A stretch of DNA of 64,000 nt from Catajapyx aquilonaris (taxonomy: Eukaryota), in NCBI GenBank assembly GCA_000934665.2, contig KZ538026.1, positions 1 through 64,000 of the forward strand, read 5' to 3'. Under the pieces are notes generated by a model. That model was not told where the DNA came from, ran no database searches, and was given only the letters and a program-made list of their open reading frames with translations. Positions 24,601-36,600 of the stretch are shown one piece after another. The first letter of the stretch is position 1. Every line of letters begins with the position of its first letter. The position numbers and the translations under genes were made by a program.

Positions 24601-27600
24601 ACTCAACTTTTACCTACCCCCGCGTCAACTACTGTGGAACAGGCGTACGTTAGCCCAGCCGAATGCCACTTGGAATTCAGGCCCTGCATACATAAACACC
24701 TTTCCACTGAGCTTAGCTCCAGCTCAAAACTGCTGAGAGATCTACTGGAAGGCTGGAAGCTGCTGGAGAGGGGGTTGAAAAAACGCGCAACTCTCTTTCC
24801 AGGCACGTGCACAATGTACTGACACCGCTTAGTCTCATAGTGATATATGGTGCACTTCACAAGTTCAAGCAGGGGACTGTTTACCTCTTCAAACTGGCCG
24901 CCATTATTCCATTCTTTCCACAGCTCATAATATATAGCGACACAATAATTCTTATCAATTCCGTCAGAGAGAGAAAAAAAGATGAGTTTGCAGTCTCAGA
25001 AAATCTGACGCTGCTGGCGAAAATGCAAAAACCTATGAGCTCCCATATATACTAGCATCATATTTCATACCTACGGAAACTGCGAGCGGCAAAAGTGACA
25101 TAAGTGCCTTAGAGATTTAATGCATTACTTTCGAGGTCGATCGGTGGCAAGGCCTTCCGGACAAATGAAGAGAAGTCGTTATTGGAAGAAAAAAAATTGC
25201 TGGTGGGGGTGGGAATAATGCAAGTTTATCTCTCCAATTTTTTTTCTTTTCTTCTTGGTAGTTGGGAAGGCCCGATTCTTAGCCCATTTCCAAGCACTGG
25301 AAAGCACAGTGTTCCAGTGCTTGAAAGAGGGGCAAAAAATATGGGGAGACGCTTCATCAGCGTCCTCCACTCAGCAGCACATGATGCCTGGGAAAGAAAT
25401 CAGGAGCGAAAATCTCTCTCTCTTCTCTCTTCTCTCGCATCGAAATTGAGATCCAGCCAGAAAAGAAATCCCGACAGCTTAATAACAAACGCCCAGAAAA
25501 TATGGTTTCATAAGGATGAGCAAAATTTTCCAGATGGGACTAGTCTAGTAGCACGTAAAAAAAGAGAAGAGTATATGAGGGAGAAAAAAGCCCAATGGTA
25601 ATAATGGAAGGACACGTCCAAGGAGAAAATCGATTTGTTACCATCTGGCGAATATCACTCAAAATTCAGACAACCCTGGAGTACATTTTGGGAGGGGGTT
25701 TAATCGGTTTTGGAGTTGAATTGCTGTCAGCTTTTTCCCTTCAAGGCAGAACTGCATAGTGAACTACTCTCCCTGGGAGATCCAGAGCAATTCCTGGAGA
25801 CATGTCCCGCATGAGAACTGGGTCCTCACCGGCTCACAATTAAGTGAAAAAGGGGGTCTCATTCCATCTGCCTCTCTCCGCCAGTGTTTGCTCAGGCTCC
25901 CATGATCTCTTGCTAGAATCTGAATTAGCAATCATGGAGTCAATCAGCCCTTTGTTTTCAGACCCTTTCTCGTCGATTGCAAAAATTGAGAATCGATGCT
26001 CAAAACGGTTGGTTGCCTTTTGCGACCAACATTTTTTCAGATTAATCCGCGCACCGATTCGGGTTGCTGCTCCAGAGAGAGAGGGAGAAAAAAAATGGAT
26101 GGCCTAGTAATAATCTTGAAAAAGAGCGGTGGGGACTCTCTTTTGTGTAGAAGTTAAAATATAGGATCTCTCCACTGGATTTCCTGGAGCGTGACTTCTT
26201 GCGGGTTGACTTCAAAGTCCTTTTAGCGCCCATGATGAAGTTCCTCACGTGCCACGGAAATGAAGCAGAGCTCGGCGTGACCGCAAGATCAGGCCCATTT
26301 TTCTAACTCCTCGTATATACCAGGGCGCACCCACAAAAGACACAAGTCAGAGAGAGAGAGAGAGAGAAAAAAATGGAGTTTGGATGGAGGGTAGTAATAT
26401 CAAGGCATTATGATCTCCCAAAATGGTAGTTTCTATGCCAACTCTTCGGAGGCTGGGGAAAACTTGAGCGGAATCCCAGTTAGGAAGCCTTCCGCTATCA
26501 GTTCGGCCACATCCTAAATTTTATGGCCCCTCGCCCCCTCGCCCCCCCTGCAAAACGCTTAAAATGGCGCTTTTGGCTCCCTTCAACCCTACCCCCCTTT
26601 CAAACGTGACATGGGCTCCGGCTCGAATTTCCTACGTGTCACCTTCCACTTCAACCCATCCTTTTCACTGTAATCGAGGCGGAGAGAGGGTAAGAGAGAG
26701 GAATGCGAAATGATTGGAGGAAATGAAGTTGGCTGACGAACAATGTCTCCCGGACTGTAATTTTCCCATGAGACACTTCAGGGGACAATTGATATTAGCT
26801 GCCGGAGGAGACTTGGACGTGACCTGCGCGTCACTGACTCACGGACATGACGTGGAACAGAGTTCATTGGCTGCAGGGCTCAAGGACGGAGCAGTGTCAT
26901 TGGTCGTTTTCTCAAGTAGCGACGTGTACGTATTTGATTGGTTAAAGGACTTGAAGCAAGCGTTTGATTGGCTACAGGACTTGCCAGCATTTGATTGGCT
27001 ACAGGACTTGAATCAAGTATTTGATTGGCTGCAGGACTTGAATCAAGTATTTGATTGGCTGCAGGACTTGCAAGCACTTGATTGGTTTAAGGACTGGCAG
27101 CAAGCGTTTGAATGGCTACAATACTTGAAGCAAGCATTTGATTGGCTACGGGACTTGAAGCAAGCATTTGATTGGCTGCAGGACTTGCAAGCATTTGATT
27201 GGCTGCAGGACTTGCAAGCATTTGATTGGTTTAAGGACTTGCAGCAAGCGTTTGCTTGGCTACAATACTTGAATCAAGCATCTGATTGGCTGCAGTACTT
27301 GAAGCAAGTATTTGATCAGTTGAGAGCTATAACGGAAGCGAGGTACATTAATTATTTTTAGTGGCTTGCACACAATTCCTGTATGTCCTGTAGCTAAATT
27401 TATTGCTCAGAAATCCGAGGGGGTCCTCAAATCGCGGCATTTAATTAATTTAAGCACGTTGACAATCCCTGGCAGACCACAGCATCCCACTGGCCAAAAA
27501 GGCCTGGTCGGTTTCAAAATCCTCTCTATTAAAACCTGGGGGGGCATGACGAAAGTGCCCAGCCTAAAAACTAGTCCCAAAAGAGGCTTAAGTCGGACAA

Positions 27601-30600
27601 AATAAGTTAAAATACAGAGCGCGCATGCTCGCAACACGAAGCACGCAAACTGGCGGGAAACAAATCGATTTTGAGAGAGGTCAGGAAGACGGTCAGATTC
27701 CGTTGTTTTGTCGGAGGCTGAATAAATAGATGATGAGGAAGGAACGGAAAAGGGAGACTGCAGTTTCAGTTGGGAGAGAGAGAGAGAGATGAGACCATTT
27801 TCTTTGCGACGTGGACCATTTTATACCAAAAGAGCATACCGGGTATGCCCATTTCGAGGTGACATTGCGGACCTCTTTTTTTTTGGAGAGAGTCCGACTC
27901 GGAGTTTTTTTTTCTCGCTTCTTTTCGTGAGTATGCCCATGAGAATGCTACGATGACGACTGCAGGCGGGCTTGAAGGCACCGTTTCCGGAAAATAAATT
28001 GGCGACCTCTTCCCCTCCCAATTTTTTGTTGGGGAGGCTGCAGCAACAGGATGCTGCTACCCAGGAAGACCCACCTATTCAGACTTATTGTATTAACATG
28101 AGCTAAAACGAGGAGGAATCACTTAATTTTCCATTATGATATTTTCTGGATTTAACTGATACGTCCGTATGCAAAGAATGGTCAGCAATGAAAATTTCAA
28201 CAATGTAGAGGACAGTATAGCGCCCTGGTAGACTTTGTCCGGGCAGTGATTCATCACCAACGTGCATGTAGTACTACTTTCGCCCTGATAGCGGCAGAAG
28301 GGTGTAGAGGGAGAGTCTACTGGCCAACTGGTAGTGGCCTATTGTACTACGTCCAAGTGGCGGGCGCGTGGGGGGGGGGCAGACGCAGTGTTGCCAAAAG
28401 TCCGCTACATGTTGATTTAGGCTACATATTGGGCTTGAGAAGTGAACCATCCTGTAGTAAATTGCAGATGTACAGTGACATACATACATAACGAGTCATA
28501 CTGTCTAATTTCGCTCCATCCTAAAGCAGAGTCGGGCATCACTATTTCATATGGTAATTATCCGAAATTCTCGTGAGTTCAGCACAAGCAACGTGAATGT
28601 CTAATTTCCGTGTTTCTAGGAAAACAGTATAACAAAAAGTTTGCCTCTTCAGAGGGCGGAACAAAAGCGCCATGTATACCGTAAAACTTCCCAGGTTTTT
28701 CGCTCATTGTCTTCCAACAAGTCCCATTGTTCAATCTTATAATTATGATGGTCTTGAGGATATTTTTATCAGTTTTTTTTTCCCTCCAGCTTGTTAGGTG
28801 CACCCAAACGTCCGATAACAAGCAAAATGCGCAATCTCTCCGTTATTCATTGGCTCATAAAATAAAAAGGTTTGGTTAACTCTGTACGAGGGAACGTATA
28901 GCCCGGAGGACTTTAACCAACACTTTCGCCAGCGTCCTTCTGGGCATAATTAACTAGGGGCGCAGTCTGGAGCAACTGCAATTGCCGCCCAGGCAATTCC
29001 CAAATTCCCCCGGATCGCAACGGAACTCCTCTGAAACTGAAAAAAAAGTTACATCCCCAGCTTTGCAAAGGTTGGCCGCAATCGGTGCAGATGTTGCCCC
29101 GACTGCTGGCTGCACTGTGCTGCCCGTGCCACATAAATTAATCACCGGGGATGACATGGGACACTGGTCTACACGACTCGGGGGGGCAAGACGGAGAAAA
29201 ACAATTAAACAGGTCGGTACGCCAGCAGGGACATGACACATTCAGCACTAATCAGTTCCGATCTGTACATGTAAATCACGAGCAATTGTCAGTTGCTGTC
29301 TGTGGCCTGGGCCACATTGTACCTCCGGGTGTTAAGATCTTTCGAATGGCGTAAGAAAAGCTGATCGGAAGGTAGCCAAGTGCGAAATTGGGTCGAGACC
29401 GTGTACTTTGCGACACGCGGATTGAAATGGTCCAGATGAGCAAAAATTGCTTCCTAATCCAGAAAAAAGACGCCTCCCAACATCCTAGCTTGAAGCAGAA
29501 GGGAAAAAGAGCTGCTTGGAAGATCACTTCTCACTTCAGGATCGATCTTATACTAACACACTAGGATAAACCTTTCCATCCGTCTCAACTCTTTTAGGCG
29601 TTACTCGAATGCTTGATTGAAATATCGATCAGATTCAATCATGCTCGTTAATGATGAGTTCAAGGGGGAAAAAAAGGTGCTTGGTAAGCACACTGTTCGT
29701 TTCTGAATAACTATAGTCGTGGCCAATTTTTGGCAACACTGCTTGGTCCACCCTCCAACTAGGACGTATGTAGGCCACTCCTGCCACTGTCAGTGAGAAA
29801 TTAGTACTACATGCACGTTGGTGATGAGTCACTGCGCGGACAAAGTCCACCAGGGGCTATACCTTCCCCAATTAGAAGACAGTAGTGAAAAATATGGTAA
29901 CTACTACCTAGGTAGGCGATGAGTTAACTTGTTTGTGGGGGGTGGAGTCACGCATCTCAATTCTGTATAATGATGTAATTTCACGTCAAATTAACAGCAA
30001 TGCTACATCTGGCCTCACTTTTTGCCTTTCAGAAGAGGCACTTGTAATAATTCAGTTGGACAAAACATGCCCGCCATATTTACACAAGTTTCAGAGAGCG
30101 CAAACCTTCACAAGCGACGCGGTAATCACACATCTGGCTGGAAAAACGAGCTCATTTGTTACCTGCCTCCCAACAAAGAGAAGTTAATTGTTCAAGCTGT
30201 GATATACTAGAGAGGGGGGGGGAGGGCACTTAATTTTTGAAAAGTGCGGGGACTTGGAAGCAATAATCAAGCAACGCAACGTCGAGCAAGTGAGCCGTGA
30301 CAATTTGTCTCCGGCGAATTAAACCAGGGACGAGACTAATTTCATGTAAAGCAGGCAACACGCTGCTTTTCAATCTGGCATGCGACGTCGCCGGTGCCTT
30401 GGCGTCTCTCTTAATCTAGGAATATCGGATTAGATGGAAAGTGGTTTTGTATCACGCCGACAAATAGCAAGAGAAGCTCGCTCGTCTCTCTCTCACGTCT
30501 GATCAAAATCCATTCAGGATATTGTGCCAATTCATTAGCCAGACTTTCTATATAAAGGCATGAACCCCCCTCCTTTTAAAATACGTGTGTCTTACGTTAA

Positions 30601-33600
30601 TTTGGTAAAATGCCGCAGAGTGTGTCGTAAAAATTGCTGGGCGGTCCTCTAAAAGCGGAGAGAGAAACTCCTTCCTGTCCTCTAAAATGTCGGCTCTAAC
30701 GACATTAGAGTCGGGTTCTTATGTGAGCGCAATTTTGTTAGGCGACGTTTACACGGCCAAACATTTTCGCCATTCGAGGAGAAGGGGGGTCTAAACGCTG
30801 CCAACAATCAAAGAAAAAAAAGTTTGCCTTTCAGCTCAATTGGCTCGATTAACTAGCGGTCATCCTGGGATATATGCAACAGCACCCTTGATCAACTGTC
30901 GGTATATCTCGCAGGCGCAAACCAGCTTTAAAAAATCACACATTTTCACTCAATTTCGCTGAAATAAATCCGGTGTTCGTTGAAGGTTTTATATGTATAT
31001 AAAAAAAACTAGACATTTCACCCTTTTTTTGTAAAGCACCTCATTAGCAGGCAATAAATCCATACGGAATGAGTGAACTTCCACAACTTTAATAAGCTCA
31101 ATCTGGCTTAACCTCGCAGAAAATTTCAGAAAATGTAATCACCCCTGCAGGAGTGAGAGAGAGAGATGACTCGTTTTTTTCACATTAAAAAAAAGACCTC
31201 CAAGCGTATTGCGTATAAATACATGCCATTAGGGTGGTACAAGTTTAATGAGAAAGTGTCCTAATCAAGAGAGACGGGGGGTGCTAGAAAGTAAGGCTCT
31301 GTAATTAACATTAGGTGGGAGTGTACAGTGCTCCGGATGCCAATTATCCTTTCCCAGGGTGGGCACAGGAGGTGAAACGTAGTCGATTCAAACAGTAATG
31401 AAGTTGGACCCTTAAAGAGCTGGGCTTAGCGCAAGTAGATCGAGAGGGGGGTTTGGAGCTAGAGAGAGTGTGTATATATATCCGAGTCTATTCAAAAGCG
31501 TGGGTTTGCATTCACCTGGGATGCCACCAAGACAAAAGGAGAAGGGAGAGGAAATGACGACGTCCCCTCCCACTGTGTTTTCGTCGAATCCCCCTCGGAG
31601 CCTCAAACAAACTCGTGTCGCTTCTGAAAAGACTAGCGACAGCCCGGAGGATTTCCTCCCCGTATCCTTTCCTTTCAGAGAGCTGGGCTAGGATTGCACT
31701 TTCCCCCAAAATAAGCCGGAGGAGTAAGACTGCTTCTCCGGATAAATCCCATTTCCTCGCGGAATCTCTTTCCGCAGCCGACTCTCATGCAGATCGGAAC
31801 AAACTGGAGAAGCATGTGTCGCACCTGATGACTATACAACGGTATAAAAAATAAATAGGAGAGGCATTGTTGGAGTCCCGCACCTGGGGAGCCGATAAGC
31901 GGTGCCATTTTCCCCTCAGCAGTTGCCAAAACAGCTCGGAGGGATTTCTGTCCCGGGGGCAATCAAATGCCATCCCGTGTGCACTGCAAAATACACCTGT
32001 CACGAACACGGAGAAGGCAAATCTGGACTTCACTTGCGATTACAGCTCTACTGCAACTGGTCCAAACATTTAGAGACAATATACTACTGTAGGAAGTGAG
32101 AAAATAGAGAACGACAAGATTGTAGCCGGAAAAATTTACCTATAGGAGACTGGAAATTTAATAATCAGGAATCTGACAGCACACGTCAAAGTCTCGTAAT
32201 GGGTCTACTCAGGGTGAAGTTTCAGTACGGTACTAATAACACTGCTGTTAGACTTAAGGATCAGCCAATCCTGAAGAGTAGTGCTCAAATCGTAACCTAT
32301 ATCAATATTGACCAAAACGGGACACGTATCGTTCGGCATATCAAGTCTTCAATATATTGTATGGCCCAACATAACAATGGATTAAGTCCAAAAGTAATGG
32401 TAGGTTGCAGGAACAGCTTTCCTTTGAATAAAAACTATTTTTAGTTTGATGACCTGCTCTTGATGCGTACCTATAAAAAGACCAACAATAGGTGTAGTAA
32501 TGGCGTCGAATCCATGAACAAAATAAAGTACTTGCAATATTCCAAATTCATTACCAAGCAGAGGCAATATTTTCATTACCTTGGGTCCAACTCTTATTCT
32601 CCGAGTACGTCATCATTAATTTTAGTTGTTTCTGCTCATACCTTTTCATTGGACAATTGAATTAACCTGAAATGTTACCGAAATAATCGACGATGACGCA
32701 AATTATCAAGAAAATATTCCTTTATCATTATTCTTCGCATTTTTAGGGGATCACCGATCGGTGAACAAACCTTTTGTTATTTCACAAACGACATCAGCTT
32801 TGTAAAACACGCTCGCATTGCCCCCATGTGCGCCTTGTAATGTGCATTGCAACGCTGTATACCCGCCCCTGCAGTGCAGCTTACATTATAATCTCCAGAG
32901 CGTTACATGGCATCTATGCTGAGCCTTTATAGCTTGCGGTACAAGCGTGTTACAAGCAGCCTGCATAAATTCCTGGGAAATTTTCCTGCACACTTCTACT
33001 CGCCAGTTACGCAGATTGTGCAATCAAACATCGCGTAACTCCTCCAGTCGCGCCGGGCATACAAGCCACCAAATTGCAAATCATCACACATTTTCATACA
33101 TTTAATTTCTTAGAGAGAGCAAAGAAGCATGTTAATTAATTCGCCTCTTGTCGCTTGTCTGATCCGAGTTGAATGACAGCTGATTGAGTGATGCAAGCCT
33201 GAGTCTTCCTAATCACGTTCGTTGGGAAATGTCGGATGGCCTTAGGCGACTTTCAGCGTATAGGAAGGTTCTGTGTTGGAAGCAACTATAGAGAGGTGGA
33301 TCCATTATTCCGATGCTATCGGCGGATTTCCGAAGGCAATTACGCCTTTCCCAGGGAACCACCGCCCATCCCCAATCCACCACCCACTTTCCAGCAGCTC
33401 AGATTAACGAGGAAGAGTCGACTTTGCAAAAACTCTAGCAACTCTCGGGGATTTTCAAGAGAGAAGAAAACCCTATATGCAAATGGAGTGATCCGACAAC
33501 GCGGATGTGACCAAAAACGTGTCACGGAAGCTGGAACGTGACTGACACCAGATTTTTTCTCCTCCGATGAGTGATTTTTTTTTTTTTGCAACAAACTAAA

Positions 33601-36600
33601 AATGTCAAGGAGCCAGCGAAGCGTTCAGGAAAAATGTCGTGACGTGTGTACAAAATGTAAGAACATTCGACATAGAAAAAAAAATCGCAATTTTAGTTCT
33701 GCGACTGTGATTAATCCGTACTTGAAGTGATAATTTTTGATTGATAGATCGTTCTTCCTAATGGTCTGGAAGTCAAGGGTGTTTGAACGCTCGGTTGGAG
33801 CACGAGCTAGAAGATATTTGACTACATTTTTTGGGGGGTCGATTATAGGATTGTGACGTCCACGCAACAAAAAAATGGGTTTGGCAATATAGTACTTGGC
33901 GTATGCTCTGACGCAAAAAGCACTTGACAATTGCGGCAAAGGCCACGTAATAAACGTACATGATCAAATTCCAACCATGGCTTCAACCAGCGCGTGTAAC
34001 CAGAATCGAGTATTTCACTCTTGTTTACAAATTAATGCGCATCGTGCGGGTCGAATGTTATGCAATTTTTAAAATGCCAATTCCAGCAGAACGTTCAATA
34101 CAGCAATGTTTATTTGCGGTAATATCATATGTGCAAAACAGCCCGGATTTTCCCGATTTCACAGGAAATATGATACATTGATATTAATTAATTGATGCCC
34201 TGTCCGGAGATCGAACTCGGTACCTTCATTAAAAGGGTTCAGTGACACCAGCATGCTGGTCCTTTAATATTAGGGGCACTTCACCCCCCAAAAAATTTCA
34301 TGTCACCGGTCTCCGCTTGCTTGTCAGGTGGAGCACACACCCCTATAGAATACGCGCATCAAGTAACAAGCACCCCATGTAATTACCAACATGCGAAAAA
34401 AAGTCGACATTACTTACATCAATTCCGCAAAAAGCTTTTTTAATTATCCTCATTGTCAACATCTTTACGATTGGGACATCACATGTGTCCTATAGCTCCG
34501 GATCCGAAAAAAAGTGTCAAACTCGTGTCACAATCACTTACGCCGTCATTGGAGAGTGAGAGAGAAAAAAAGGGGGGGTCGCGTTTGGGCTTAATTTAAT
34601 TGGTGTCGACTAGAAATCCAGTGGCAGGGTTTTATCCGGGTATTTTTTTTTGCGTGTGTGTCCCCCCTATCCCCGGATGGAAATGACCCACAACTCTGTC
34701 CCCGGACAGGCACTTTCTACATTCCCCGGGCGATTTGTCACCAGAGGGTTTGTGAGCCACCCCCAAAAAAAGATCTCTATAAGTTGTGCCAAAAAAATTA
34801 TGAAAATGTGCAATTATTATGTAAATCTCTGATAATGATATCGATTGACAAACCTCAGATTAACACGTCCCAGGTTTGCTTTACGGCTATGTCAATAAAG
34901 GGTTGCGGTATTAAAAACACATGATGAAAATAGTTGCTCGCACACAGCAGTAATGAACAAACACAGCATACCCAAAAACTGGAGTGTACCGCCGAAATAT
35001 TTTGCAATAATTCGAGGAACCTTACAGGGTTCATAAACATTACCACATTTTCGACCCGGTCATGTTACGCACGCCACTTATTTTATGACTTGAAATAGGC
35101 ACCGACAGCCTATATTCAGCCAGGAGTGATGAATCGTGATGATTTTGCGTGAGCATTGAAACTACTGCCATGACCACAATCACACTCTACACGTCCAATT
35201 TACAACAGTTCTGCGTTACATTTCGTGACAGCGACCCAACCAATCGATAGGAATAACGATTATTCAGTACTGATTTCAACTAGATTTTTTTTTGGGTGTG
35301 TGTGTACGTGTGTCGAGAGAGTCATTCGAAACGCGCATGCTAATGCCTGGCATCAGTTTGCGATTTTGGACCAGATGCTGCGCAAATGGCGAGATGCGAA
35401 GTGTTAAGGATGGGAAAAGATGGAAGAAAAAAAAAGTCCCCCCAAAAAAATGCTTGCCAAAAGTTCGAGGTGTCGCAACCCGAAGAAAAGGATCTCCCGG
35501 ATTTGATGGATGATACCGGATCCTTTCCCTGTCGGGCATAAATTTCCGGCGATACTTTTCGCTTCCAGACAACCCGGATTTTTTTTTCCTTTCATACATT
35601 TCTTTCCTCCCAAGGAATTCCTATAGATATTTTCGAAGCAATGAGACAACCGCAAAAAAAAATGCGTGCCAACAATATATCCAATAATGTGCGTTTTTTT
35701 ATGAAAGTTATTTTTTTTCCTCCGAGCACCGCACAGTTCACAATAAAAAGCCGTAATGCAATTTACTCTCGCCTTTTGATACCCACCCAAAAAAAGCCCC
35801 TAGCCCAATATCGATGCAAATTTTGAATACCCTACCATCATATAATCCTAATATCGTCATTTATACCGTTAAGCTGTGTTATTGGACGATTCCGCCTCCA
35901 AAAAAAAAAAAAAAAAAGGATATTGCTATCATTGATGCCTCTCTCGGAAAAAAAGGGATATCAGCGCCTCGGGAATATTATTGTACTGCTATTGAATATC
36001 TCGGTGAATAGCACGCGTTAAGAACGCGGAAGGATTATCGATACGTCGGTGGAAAAAAAATACATAACACAGTCATGCGGCGGAAATGAGTGTAATGCTA
36101 ATGAGAACGGATATTTGGCGCTGCATAAACGGCTGCGTCAAAGGCACCGATGGTCCTATACACTCTGAAAATACGTGCGACCTTATCATGCGGAAACAAT
36201 GCTACCAAACTCTGCACTGCGGATCGGGGGCGCACATTATGCGTCTAAAATATGAGGCAACTCATTTGCATTTTTACCTCAGGACTTCCTCTTTCCATTT
36301 TTCATCACGGTAGAAAAAAAAGAAGCGGGACCCCCGATTTTTAAGACAGTTAGGAACATCAAAAGCGGTTGGGAAATTATTTCCTCCTTTGCCTATATGC
36401 AAAAAAACGGCTCGCAATTTTTTTTGGGTTGCTAAATATGTCAAAAACTGGGGGGGACTGCGGCACGTTTTGAACCATCCATCCGAAACTCACAGTCGAA
36501 TGAGCGCTAACCATATTTACTAACGCGTCCCAGCTGCCATCCACTGGATAACTAAAATTGACAAACGGTGCGAAAATGAACAACACATTTTTGCCCATAT

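Larger units (their letters stand above)
4434..27361 (+). pseudogene. Candidate degenerate NWD1/NWD2-like (DUF4062-like + NACHT + WD40) gene or pseudogene, antisense to and interleaved with KChIP
   Basis: Collinear exon-like segments at 4434, 6199, 7167, 7960/8040, 8445, 9172, 10362, 10584, 11192, 11985, 13241, 14876, 15752 and 26782 resemble successive NWD motifs (compared from memory, no search run); includes a frameshift and stops. Confidence 0.45.

Noticed and set aside
26851..26870. ERSE-like CCAAT-N-CCACG on the minus strand
   Set aside because: The spacer is 10 nt; the canonical ERSE has 9.
26933..27320. Regularly spaced repeats resembling a CRISPR array
   Set aside because: Units are head-to-tail with no unique spacers, there are no cas genes, and the context is a eukaryotic intron.
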